NCBI GenBank assembly: GCA_046352645.1
Contig: JBJTJV010000024.1
Location: forward strand, 1-35,877
Origin: Chloroflexota bacterium
Lineage (GTDB): Bacteria; Chloroflexota; Limnocylindria; Limnocylindrales; CSP1-4
Length of the DNA stretch: 35,877 nt
Direction of reading: 5' to 3'
Of this stretch, positions 19,800 through 28,118 are shown piece by piece. The position numbers and the translations under genes are program-made. The notes beneath the pieces were generated by a model. It ran no database searches, was not told the DNA's origin, and worked only from the letters and a program-made list of their open reading frames with translations. Every line of letters begins with the position of its first letter. Position 1 is the stretch's first letter.

Positions 19800-20617
19800 C
19801 GGCCGCGCCAGGCGGGTGGGCGCTTCTCCAGGAACGCGCGCATCCCCTCCGCCTGGTCCTCCGTGTCGAAGAGGTCCGTGAAGAGCTCGCGCTCGTAGAC
19901 GAGCCCGTCCGCGAGCGTCAGCTCCGCGGCCGCGTCGATGGCGCGCACGGCCGCCGCGACGGCGAGCGGCGGACCGGCCGCGATCCGCTCGGCGAGCACG
20001 AGCGCCTCGGTGAGCGTCTCCGCCGCGGGCACGAGCCGCGACACGAGGCCGATCCGGGCGGCCTCCTCGGCGGGGACGTGGCGCCCCGTGAGGACGATCT
20101 CCATGGCGCGCGCCTTGCCCACGGCGCGCACGAGCCGCTGGGTGCCGCCGATGCCGGGGATGATGCCGAGCCGGATCTCCGGCAGCCCGAGCACCGCGTC
20201 GTCCCCGGCGACGACGAGGTCGCAGGCGAGCACGAGCTCGCAGCCCCCGCCGAGCGCGTAGCCACGGACCGCCGCGATGAGCGGCGTCTCCACCGCGTCG
20301 ATGCGGTCCCAGGCGGCGAACGGGCGATCGCGCCGGATCCCGTCCGCGGTCCGGGGCGCCATCTCCGCGATGTCCGCACCGGCCGCGAAGGCCCGCTCGC
20401 CCGCGCCGGTGATGACGATGGCGCGGCAGGCGGGGTCCGCATCGAGCGCGACGAGCGCGTCCGCGAGCTCGCCGATGGTGCGCACGTCGATCGCGTTCCG
20501 GACCTCCGGGCGGTCGATGGTGACGCAGGCGACACCGGGGAGGTCGCGGCCGTCCGCGGGCAGGGCCGCGGGGAGGTCCACCCGGATCCGGGGCCGGTCG
20601 GTGGCGGGCACGTCCAT
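19796..20617 (-). CDS. Enoyl-CoA hydratase (PaaF-like crotonase)
   Basis: RAFAAGADI, GYALGGGCEL, PEIRLGIIPGIGGTQRL, EGMRAFLEKR; AGGAG RBS. Confidence 0.93.
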   Translation of the reverse strand: MDVPATDRPRIRVDLPAALPADGRDLPGVACVTIDRPEVRNAIDVRTIGELADALVALDADPACRAIVITGAGERAFAAGADIAEMAPRTADGIRRDRPFAAWDRIDAVETPLIAAVRGYALGGGCELVLACDLVVAGDDAVLGLPEIRLGIIPGIGGTQRLVRAVGKARAMEIVLTGRHVPAEEAARIGLVSRLVPAAETLTEALVLAERIAAGPPLAVAAAVRAIDAAAELTLADGLVYERELFTDLFDTEDQAEGMRAFLEKRPPAWRGR

Positions 20618-20638
20618 GGCGGGTCTCCTTGGGTACGG

Positions 20639-21433
20639 TCAGGGGGTGGCGGACAGGTCCGCGGGTGCGGCGGACCGGTCGCGGTGGGCACGGAGGAAGG
20701 CCTCCGCGGCGGCGTTGAAGATGCCGGGCTGCTCGGCCGTCACGACGTGGCCGCAGCCGGGGATCACGAGGAGCTGGGCGTCCGGGAGGGCGCGGCGGAG
20801 CGCGACCGCGTGGTCGAGCGGGACGAAGACATCCCGGTCACCCACGACGTAGAGGACGGGCAGGCGGATGCGACGCAGCTCCGCGGGCGTGAGCGGCGCC
20901 TGGCGCGGGACCTCCGCCGCGATCGCGCGGAGGAGGCGCTCCCACTGGCCGGGCCCCTGGACGGGCGCGTGGCGCCGCTCCAGGGCCGCGGCCCAGGCGG
21001 GCTCGTCACGGCGGATCCGGTCCGGGTCCATGAGACGGGCCGCGACCCGCGACCGCGGCTCGGGCTCCGTGTCGATCCCCGCGACGATCGCGCTCCGGAC
21101 GCGCTCGGGATGGCGGCTCGCGTAGGCGAGCACGGTCATCGCGCCCATGGAGAAGCCGCCGAGGTGGAAGTCGGCGAGGCCGAGCGCGTCCGCGAACGCG
21201 CCGAGGTCCGCGACGAGGAGGTCGCGACCCCACCCGTCCGCCGGGTCCCAGCGCGTCCCCGCATGCCCCCGCGCGTCCACGAGGTAGAGCGTGTGCGTCC
21301 GCCGGAAGAGCGGGCGCTGGGCGGCCCAGTCCTCCAGGGCGGACGAGGTCGCCCCGTGGAGGAGGATGAGCGGCGGACCGTCGCCCTCCACCGTGTAGTG
21401 GACGCGGAGGCCGTTCGCCGCGACATGGGCCAC
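20639..21433 (-). CDS. Alpha/beta hydrolase
   Basis: LLHG, DARGHAGT, GFSMG nucleophile, GDRD, GCGH. Confidence 0.9.
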   Translation of the reverse strand: MAHVAANGLRVHYTVEGDGPPLILLHGATSSALEDWAAQRPLFRRTHTLYLVDARGHAGTRWDPADGWGRDLLVADLGAFADALGLADFHLGGFSMGAMTVLAYASRHPERVRSAIVAGIDTEPEPRSRVAARLMDPDRIRRDEPAWAAALERRHAPVQGPGQWERLLRAIAAEVPRQAPLTPAELRRIRLPVLYVVGDRDVFVPLDHAVALRRALPDAQLLVIPGCGHVVTAEQPGIFNAAAEAFLRAHRDRSAAPADLSATP

Positions 21434-21435
21434 CG

Positions 21436-21972
21436 TCAGGTCGCGTCCGGCTTGCCGCGCAGGTCCACGGCGGCGGCGTGCTCGATGCGCAGGTAGCGCC
21501 GCCGGTAGTAGAGGAGCGGCCAGTCGCGGCGATCGCTCGCGCGCAGCTCCACGACGCGGCCGAGGTGGAGGAGGTGGTCGCCCGCCTCGATCGTCTGCTC
21601 CAGCTCACAGGCGATCGTCGCGAGCGCGTCCGCAAGGAGCGGCTGGCCGTTGGCGGAGGGGGTCCAGGCCGCGCCGCAGAAGTCCGTCCGCGGGATCGTG
21701 GAGGGCGCGCCCGCGAAGCAGTCCGCGAGCCCCTGGTCTCCCTCGGCGAGGATGTTCACGGCGAAGCGCCGCGTCCGCGCGATGACCGGCAGGATCGAGC
21801 GCTCGCGGCCGATCGTGACGAGGACGAGCGGCGGGTCCAGCGAGACCGACCCGAACGCGTTCACGGTGGTGCCGAAGGGCTGGGCGGCACCGTCCGGGTC
21901 GTCGAGGGTGGTCACGACGGTGACGCCCGTGACGAAGCGCGAGAGGACGGAGCGGTAGGTGTCCGCGGCCAC
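21436..21972 (-). CDS. Flavin reductase family protein
   Basis: FVTGVTVVT, SVSLDPPLV, FAVNIL, GDH, PLLY. Confidence 0.92.
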   Translation of the reverse strand: MAADTYRSVLSRFVTGVTVVTTLDDPDGAAQPFGTTVNAFGSVSLDPPLVLVTIGRERSILPVIARTRRFAVNILAEGDQGLADCFAGAPSTIPRTDFCGAAWTPSANGQPLLADALATIACELEQTIEAGDHLLHLGRVVELRASDRRDWPLLYYRRRYLRIEHAAAVDLRGKPDAT

Positions 21973-21998
21973 GGGCGCGAGCGCGGGCGGGGTGCGGG

Positions 21999-23033
21999 TC
22001 AGTCGACCGGCCCTCCGAAGCCCGGCGTGCCGAAGATCCGCTCGTGCGTCCGCACCGCGAACCGGTCCGTCATCCCGGCGATGTAGTCCGCGACCTGGGT
22101 GACGCGATCCGCCGCGCTGTCGCGGTAGCTGTCCGGCAGCTCGTCCGGGTGCGCGAGATGCCAGTCCATGAGGCGACGCAGGAGGTCCACCGCCTGCGCC
22201 GTACGCACCTTCTGGTCCACCGAGAGGTAGACCCGCGCGAACATGAAGTCCCGCAGCTCGTTCATCACCGCGAGCGTCGCGGGATCCATGCGGACCTCCG
22301 CACCGCCGAGGCTCTCGTCGATCGTGGCCTCGATCATCGCGCCGATCCAGGCCTTGCCCGGCGGGCCGAAGCGCGCCTGCACGGCGGCCGGGAAGTCACG
22401 CGGCGTGAGCACCCCGGCGCGGAGCGCGTCCAGCGCGTCGTGCGTGAGGTACGCGATGCGGTCCGCGTAGCGGACGCAGCGGGCCTCCTCCGTGGCGGGC
22501 GGCGGATCGATCTTCCACGAGTGTGCGCGGATCCCGTCGCGCACCTCCCAGGTGAGGTTCAGGTCCTCGAGGACCTCGAAGATCCTTACGCTCTGCGCCG
22601 CGTGGTGCCAGCCGCCGGTGGCCGGGAAGTATGGCGAGAGCGCGTCCTCACCCGTGTGGCCGAAGGGCGTGTGGCCGACGTCATGGCCGAGCGCGATGGC
22701 CTCCGCGAGCGCCTCGTTGAGCGACAGCGCCTGGGCGAGCGAGCGGGCGATCTGGTGGACCTGGAGCGTGTGCGTCAGGCGCGTGATGAAGTGATCGCCT
22801 TCCGGGTTGAGGAAGACCTGGGTCTTGTGCTTGAGGCGCCGGAACGCCTTGCTGTGGACGATCCGGTCCCGGTCGCGCTCGAAGGCGGTGCGGTACGTGT
22901 CCGGCGCCTCAGGCCGCGCGCGCCCCCGCGTCGCCACCGCCCGGGTGGCGGCAGGCGCCAGGCCGTCGACCTCCGCGGCCTCGCGGTCGAGGCGCGTGCG
23001 GCGGCGGAAGGCAGGGGTCCGTGCGGGCTCCAT
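21999..23033 (-). CDS. dgt: dGTP triphosphohydrolase-like HD-domain protein
   Basis: RDRDRIVHSKAFRRLKHKTQVF, TRLTH, HDVGHTPFGH, DYIAGMTD; start placed at ATG 23033, 6 nt after CATCAT. Confidence 0.92.
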   Translation of the reverse strand: MEPARTPAFRRRTRLDREAAEVDGLAPAATRAVATRGRARPEAPDTYRTAFERDRDRIVHSKAFRRLKHKTQVFLNPEGDHFITRLTHTLQVHQIARSLAQALSLNEALAEAIALGHDVGHTPFGHTGEDALSPYFPATGGWHHAAQSVRIFEVLEDLNLTWEVRDGIRAHSWKIDPPPATEEARCVRYADRIAYLTHDALDALRAGVLTPRDFPAAVQARFGPPGKAWIGAMIEATIDESLGGAEVRMDPATLAVMNELRDFMFARVYLSVDQKVRTAQAVDLLRRLMDWHLAHPDELPDSYRDSAADRVTQVADYIAGMTDRFAVRTHERIFGTPGFGGPVD

Positions 23034-23127
23034 GGGGAGATGATGCATCGGGCCGCTCGCCGCCGTCTTCACCCGTGGTGGACGGACGACGCACCGGTGG
23101 CGCGCCCTCCCGTACAATCCGCCTGCG

Positions 23128-23895
23128 ATGTCCGAGCTGATCGTCCCCCCGCCCTCCGCGCCCAGGCGCGTCACGCCTGCGGTCGCCGCCCTCGACGCCG
23201 AGGCGCCGACGCTCTCCGACCTCTTCGCCTTCATGGCGGACGCAGAGCTGCGCGTCCGTACCCTGCGCCTGCGGGTGACGGAGACGATCCACAACGCCGC
23301 CGGCGCGGAGACGAGCACGATCGAGCTCATCCTCCGGCACCCCGGCCGCGCGCGGATCACGACGCGCAAGGGGGATGACCCGCTCTCGCGTGACTACCGC
23401 GTCTGGGCGAGCGACGGCGAGATCGTGACGACGTACGACGCGCTCGCGGACCGGGCGAGCGTCCGCCCGGTGCGTCCGCCGGTCGTGGGCGCGGACGACC
23501 CGCGCAAGCCCGCGTTCGCGCGGAACCGGATCCCGCTGACGGCGCTGCCGCTGAGCAGCGTCGCGGAGACCCTCGTCCACCCGGCCGGGTTCGTGCAGAA
23601 CGTCCTGCGGACCGGCCCGGTCGCCCTCATCGGCACGACGCATCTGGCGGGTGGCCGGGAGGCCCTCGTCCTGCGCTCGGACCACCCGCGCTCCAGCCAC
23701 GTCCTGACGGACCGGCCGGACCGGAGCATCGAGGTGGGCGTGGACCGGCTCACCGGCTTCATCACGCTCCTCGTGGAGCGGGTCGGCGAGCGCGTGACGC
23801 GCCACGCCGAGGTCACGGCGGTCCACGTGGACGCGGAGATCCCGGACGAGGCCTTCATCGTCCACCTGCCGGCCGACGTCCGGATGATCTACTAG
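23128..23895 (+). CDS. LolA/RseB-fold-like protein lacking a signal peptide
   Basis: Pattern PG.ARI...VWASDGEIVTTYD...VDRLTG...IPDEAF...P.D as in LolA-like proteins; TACAAT at 23113-23118. Confidence 0.65.
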   Translation: MSELIVPPPSAPRRVTPAVAALDAEAPTLSDLFAFMADAELRVRTLRLRVTETIHNAAGAETSTIELILRHPGRARITTRKGDDPLSRDYRVWASDGEIVTTYDALADRASVRPVRPPVVGADDPRKPAFARNRIPLTALPLSSVAETLVHPAGFVQNVLRTGPVALIGTTHLAGGREALVLRSDHPRSSHVLTDRPDRSIEVGVDRLTGFITLLVERVGERVTRHAEVTAVHVDAEIPDEAFIVHLPADVRMIY

Positions 23896-24261
23896 GGGTC
23901 CGGCACGCTCGACCCGGACGCCCTGGAGGACCTCTTCCGCGCCGCCGGGGACGACCCGCAGACGATCGCGGACCTCGTCGATCGTTTCCTTGATGCGGCT
24001 CCGGGACGCGTCGCGCGGATCGCAGCCGGGCTCGCGGACGGCGATCGCGCAGACGCGGCGCAGGCGGCCGCGGAGCTCGCCGGCGCGGCCGCCGCGCTTG
24101 GGGCGACGGACCTCGCGGACCTGGCCGCCGGCCTGGAGGCGACCCTCGACGGCCCGGACGATGCGGCCGCAGGCAGCACCCTCGCGGCGACCCGGGACGC
24201 GCTCGATGCGCTCGGCGGCCTCCTCCGGGACGCGCGTGCCGGCGGCTGGCCGCCGGACTAG
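23896..24261 (+). CDS. Hpt-like helical domain lacking the phospho-accepting His; no ATG/GTG/TTG start (missing from the ORF track)
   Basis: 121 open codons in the upstream gene's frame right after its TAG: GSGTLDPDALEDL...DLVDRFLDAAPGRVARI...GD...AAAELAGAAAALGATDLADLAAGLE...; GC-rich third positions. Confidence 0.65.
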   Translation, partial: GSGTLDPDALEDLFRAAGDDPQTIADLVDRFLDAAPGRVARIAAGLADGDRADAAQAAAELAGAAAALGATDLADLAAGLEATLDGPDDAAAGSTLAATRDALDALGGLLRDARAGGWPPD

Positions 24262-24271
24262 CGGGCGGCCG

Positions 24272-24520
24272 TCAGGCGGGGAGCAGCCCGCGGCGGCTGC
24301 CCGTGGCACCGGACGTCGCGCCCGCCCAGTGCGACGGGGAGGCCGCACACGCGCGACAGCCACAGACGGGCGGGGCCCCGTGGGTGTCCCGGCGATCGTC
24401 CGGGGCGCGCATCCGCGTGACGCAGCCCTGCGCCGCATGCGTCAGGTGCGGGTGCGCGCAGTGCGTGCAGAGGGCGTGGTGACGGTGGGAGCCGAGCGCG
24501 AAGGCTGCATGCGTGGACAT
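24272..24520 (-). CDS. Small Cys/His-rich putative zinc-binding protein (82 aa)
   Basis: GGAGG RBS before ATG 24520; CTHCAHPHLTH...GC...CGCRAC. Confidence 0.6.
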   Translation of the reverse strand: MSTHAAFALGSHRHHALCTHCAHPHLTHAAQGCVTRMRAPDDRRDTHGAPPVCGCRACAASPSHWAGATSGATGSRRGLLPA

Positions 24521-24687
24521 CGTGGACCTCCCCCGAGGCCCGGCCGGCAGTGCGCATGGCGGGCGATGGCTGGAGGCGAGCATCCGCGGCCGGGTCGCCG
24601 GCTGCAACGGCGCGGCGCGCACGGGTCGCGCACGGGACGGTCACAGACGCACCGGGGCGCGGGGCGGGGCCTGCGCAGGACGCGCGC

Positions 24688-24716
24688 TGGACATCGAGAG
24701 ACAGCGTAGCCACAAT
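24688..24716 (+). promoter_or_regulatory. sigma70-type promoter TGGACA-17-CACAAT for a leaderless transcript
   Basis: Canonical 17-nt spacing; ATG 24724 lies 7 nt after the -10. Confidence 0.55.
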
Positions 24717-24723
24717 GCCCGCG

Positions 24724-25911
24724 ATGGACGTGCGCCGGGGAGACGGGAGACCCGCTGCCGGGCTCCCGTCCCTGCTGCCGCGGGCGACCCGGGATTCCGA
24801 CCTTGCCGTCTGGCTCGGGCTCTTCGTCGCGGTCGCCCTCCTGCTCGGCGTGGGCACGCCGCCGGTCCCGATCGTCGCCGCGCTCCTCGCGAGCGGTGGG
24901 ACCCTGATCGTGGCGCTCCGCTGGCGGGTCGGCCCGCTCGCCATCCTCGTGCTGCTCGCGCTCGGCATCTGGCTCCGGATGCTCAACCCGTACGGCGGCT
25001 ACTCGGACGTCCTCACCGTCGTGCAGGCCGCCGCCCGGACGATGCTCGCGGGGACCCCGCCGTACGGCATCGGCTACGACGCATCGCTGCCGCCCGGGGC
25101 GCCGTTCGCCTACGGCCCGGTGGCGCTCGCCTGGTACCTGCCGATGCTCGACGACCCACGGCGGATGGAGCTGTGGCTCTCCTTCGGCATCCTCGGCGTG
25201 CTCGCGCTCCGGGGTCGGCCGCTGGGGCTCGCCGTCTACGCCGTGCTGGCGCCGCTGCTCGTGACCGCGACCGACGGCTCGAATGACACGAGCGCGGGCG
25301 TCCTGCTGCTCATCGCGCTCCTCGTGGCCCAGCGGGCGCCGCTGCCGGGGGCGATCCTCCTTGCGCTCGCCGCGGGCTTCAAGCCCTACGCCGCCGCGTG
25401 GCTGCCGCCGCTCCTCGCCTACGGCGGGATCGCCCCGGGGCTGATCGGCTTCGCGGCCGGGTCGCTCGTCGCGTGGGGGCCCGCGCTCTTCGCCTGGGGG
25501 CCGGAGCGGATCCTCTGGTCGTTCCGGACCGCGGACGCCGTCCACCAGGGGCCGTACTACTCGCTCGCCTGGGTCACCGGGGGGCTGGGCCTGTCCGAGG
25601 CCACGTGGCAGGCCTTCCGGCTCGTGGCGGGCGCGGCGACCGCCGCGGTCGGCTGGCTCTCCGTGCGCTCGGCGCGCTCGTTCATCGTCGCGGGGGCCGC
25701 GATCTACGTGGTCACGCTCTTTGCGGGGTGGTGGTCCACCTTCGCCTACCTCGCGGCCCTCGCCCCGGTGCTCTGCTGGCACCTGGACGACTGGGCGGGC
25801 CTCGGCAGCCACCGGGTGCGCTGGCCCGGCGACCCGGTGGGTCGGATCACCACCGCGGTGGACGCGCGCTTCCCGATCCTCCGTCCGGCGGACGACCGCA
25901 CCGCAGCCTGA
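24724..25911 (+). CDS. Multi-TM membrane protein, GT-C/GT87-like glycosyltransferase candidate
   Basis: Many TM segments; loop SDV...A...G.PPY...PFAYGP, GSND and KPY motifs typical of GT87-like proteins. Confidence 0.6.
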   Translation: MDVRRGDGRPAAGLPSLLPRATRDSDLAVWLGLFVAVALLLGVGTPPVPIVAALLASGGTLIVALRWRVGPLAILVLLALGIWLRMLNPYGGYSDVLTVVQAAARTMLAGTPPYGIGYDASLPPGAPFAYGPVALAWYLPMLDDPRRMELWLSFGILGVLALRGRPLGLAVYAVLAPLLVTATDGSNDTSAGVLLLIALLVAQRAPLPGAILLALAAGFKPYAAAWLPPLLAYGGIAPGLIGFAAGSLVAWGPALFAWGPERILWSFRTADAVHQGPYYSLAWVTGGLGLSEATWQAFRLVAGAATAAVGWLSVRSARSFIVAGAAIYVVTLFAGWWSTFAYLAALAPVLCWHLDDWAGLGSHRVRWPGDPVGRITTAVDARFPILRPADDRTAA

Positions 25912-25953
25912 CGGTGCCGCTGCGCACCACGGTGCAGCCCCGCGGGGTAGGCA

Positions 25954-25989
25954 GGCTCTGACCGGGCGGCTAGCCTCCCGGTCAGAGCC
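25954..25989. promoter_or_regulatory. Perfect 13-bp inverted repeat whose loop holds a -10-like TAGCCT
   Basis: ggctctgaccggg-cggctagcct-cccggtcagagcc. Confidence 0.5.
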
Positions 25990-25995
25990 CCGAAC

Positions 25996-26073
25996 ACGGG
26001 AAGCGAAGACGCGCGGTCCATCCGATCGGTCGCCTGAACGGACCGCGCCGAGCAGTGGCGAGCCCGGTCCCGT
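25996..26073 (+). ncRNA. c-di-GMP-II-class riboswitch aptamer (possibly a variant such as c-di-GMP-II-GAG)
   Basis: P1 acggga/tcccgt; GGAAGCGAAGA segment; stem gcgcggtcc/ggaccgcgc; loop GGTCGCCTG whose tcgcc can pseudoknot with ggcga in GAGCAGTGGCGAGCCCGG; lies 5' of a CDS. Confidence 0.75.
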
Positions 26074-26100
26074 CCGCCGAACGAGGACCTGCGCGCGCCC

Positions 26101-26391
26101 ATGACCGTCTCCCTGCTCCTGCTCGTCTCCGCCCAGGCATTCGACTACCTGAGCTTCCTCGTCATGGCAGGCCGCCACGGCCTCGCCGCGGAGGCGAACC
26201 CGCTCGTGGTCAGCCTCGCGGAGCAGTACGGCCTGCCGGGCGTGACGGCAGCGAAGCTCGCGGTCGTGGCGCTCGTGGCGCTCACCGCGATCGTCATCTC
26301 GCCGCAGCGCCGGAAGGTCGCGGCGGTCGTGCTCCTCGCGGGGATCGGGACCGGGGCGCTCGGCGGCATCTCCAACGTGGCGTCGATCTGA
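26101..26391 (+). CDS. Small membrane protein, DUF5658-like
   Basis: Three hydrophobic segments with D...G...EANP...K motif; GAGGA upstream. Confidence 0.75.
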   Translation: MTVSLLLLVSAQAFDYLSFLVMAGRHGLAAEANPLVVSLAEQYGLPGVTAAKLAVVALVALTAIVISPQRRKVAAVVLLAGIGTGALGGISNVASI

Positions 26392-26424
26392 CGCCCGCCA
26401 CCGGCTCGGGGACGCTCTCCCCGC

Positions 26425-27429
26425 TCAGCCCGCCGGCGCGAGCCGCACGAGCCGTCCGCCGATGACGAACTCGGCGACGTGGATCGCACCGTCGTCGGTC
26501 ACCGCGAGGCCGTGCGGCGCATGGAACCCTCCCGCGGCGATCCGGGGGCTGCGCACGAGGTTCCCCGCCCCATCGCGCGCGTTCGGCCAATCGGGCTCGC
26601 TGACGATGCCCTCCCGGTCGCCGATCCGGCCCGCGAGGCGGCCGTCCGCATCGAGGACCGCGAGGCTCGCGTTCAGCTCGCCCACGATGAGCAGGTCGCC
26701 GAGCGGCGCGAGGGCGCTCGGGCTGGTGAGGACGTCCGCCGCGATCGTGCGCCGATAGCGGCCGTCGAGGTCGAACGCCTGGAGGCGCCGCGCCGCCCGG
26801 TCCGTCACGAGCACCTCGGGCTCGGGGCCGCGCGTGTCCACGAGCAGTCCGTGCGGCGTCTGGAAGCGCAGGTGCCCATCGTCGCCGCCCGCGATCGCGC
26901 CGAGCCACTCGCCGTCCGGCCGGAAGCGGTGCACGAGGTGCGCGCCGTAGCCGTCCGCCACCCAGACCGTCCGGTCGCCACCCGCGCCGGAGAAGGCGAC
27001 GGCGGTCGGCTGGAACGTCGTCTCCCGGTACGCGGGATGCGGCGGCGTGCCGATCTCGCCGAGGAGCTGGCCGGCCATCCCGACGCGGACGACGCGCCCC
27101 GCGCGCGGCCCGTCGAAGATCCGCTCGGTGCCCCGGATCCGCAGCTTGAAGCCCGGGTCTGCGACCCAGAGCGCCAGACCGGTGCCGCTCCCCTCGACCG
27201 CGAGCCCGTGGGCCTCATGGACGGGGAGCGGGATCGTCCGGCGGCGCGCGCCGGCCGAGGTGACGACGTGGACCTCCGGCCGGTCCGCATCCACGACGAG
27301 GAGGTCGCCGGAGGGCAGCATGGCGAGCCCGGGGTGCGCCCAGGCGCCGGGGTCGGACGGGGCGGGCAGGTCGGCCCAGCCGTCCTCCCAGGTGTGGTCG
27401 CGGCCGAGGCCGGGGATCGAGATGCGCAT
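26425..27429 (-). CDS. NHL-repeat/beta-propeller protein
   Basis: HGLAV, LWVADPG, PTAVA, VWVADGYG, PHGLLVD, PHGLAV repeats; start placed at ATG 27429, 6 nt after CATCCT. Confidence 0.8.
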   Translation of the reverse strand: MRISIPGLGRDHTWEDGWADLPAPSDPGAWAHPGLAMLPSGDLLVVDADRPEVHVVTSAGARRRTIPLPVHEAHGLAVEGSGTGLALWVADPGFKLRIRGTERIFDGPRAGRVVRVGMAGQLLGEIGTPPHPAYRETTFQPTAVAFSGAGGDRTVWVADGYGAHLVHRFRPDGEWLGAIAGGDDGHLRFQTPHGLLVDTRGPEPEVLVTDRAARRLQAFDLDGRYRRTIAADVLTSPSALAPLGDLLIVGELNASLAVLDADGRLAGRIGDREGIVSEPDWPNARDGAGNLVRSPRIAAGGFHAPHGLAVTDDGAIHVAEFVIGGRLVRLAPAG

Positions 27430-27488
27430 GCGCGGAGGATGCCCGCGCAGGTCGGCGCGCGTGCGCCGCGCGCGCAGCGAGCCGGGGC

Positions 27489-28118
27489 TCAGCCGCGGAC
27501 GGCGCCGCGCGCGGTGCGGGGTGGCGCGACGTCCGGGTGGCCGGCGCGGACCCAGTCCGCGATCGCCCAGATGCTCGTGTCGAACGCGATCTCCGGCCAG
27601 GGGATCGCATCCGGCGCGAAGGTCCGCACCTCGAGCGCCTCCGACGTCCGCGCCATGGCCCCGCCCACGATCCGGGCCGCGAAGGCGACCACGACGATCG
27701 CCCCGAGCGGTCGCGAATAGAGCCCGACGATGCCCGTGGGCTCCACCTCCAGGCCGGTCTCCTCGCGCGTCTCGCGGATGGCGCCCTGGATCGCCGTCTC
27801 GTCCGCCTCCATGAACCCGCCCGGCTGCGCCCAGTAGCCGTAGCCCGGCTCGATCGCGCGGCGGAGGAGGACGATCTCGCCCGCGTCGGTCACCGGGATC
27901 GTGGTGACGACGAGGCGCGGGTTGATGTACGCGATGAACCCGCAGGCCGGACAGGCGTGCCGCTCGCGGTGCTCGCCGGAGAGCGGTCCGTACGCGAGGG
28001 CGCCGCCGCAGCGGGAGCAGAACCGGACCATCTCGGCGAGCCAGCGCGGCGCGCCCTCGTGGAAGCCGTCCGCCTCGCCGGTCGCGCCGTGGTCGTGGAG
28101 CAGGTCCGCGTCGCTCAC
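27489..28118 (-). CDS. NUDIX hydrolase with N-terminal zinc ribbon
   Basis: FCSRCG...CPACG, YINP, Nudix box GGFMEADETAIQGAIRETREETG; GTGA overlap with upstream gene. Confidence 0.9.
   Translation of the reverse strand: MSDADLLHDHGATGEADGFHEGAPRWLAEMVRFCSRCGGALAYGPLSGEHRERHACPACGFIAYINPRLVVTTIPVTDAGEIVLLRRAIEPGYGYWAQPGGFMEADETAIQGAIRETREETGLEVEPTGIVGLYSRPLGAIVVVAFAARIVGGAMARTSEALEVRTFAPDAIPWPEIAFDTSIWAIADWVRAGHPDVAPPRTARGAVRG

Noticed and set aside
23893-23895. Pyrrolysine recoding of the TAG
   Set aside because: No pyl genes in the window and TAG is used as a normal stop by several genes here; only generic readthrough remains a possibility
24630-24646. CRP/FNR-like TGTGA site
   Set aside because: Only one half-site; the second half does not match
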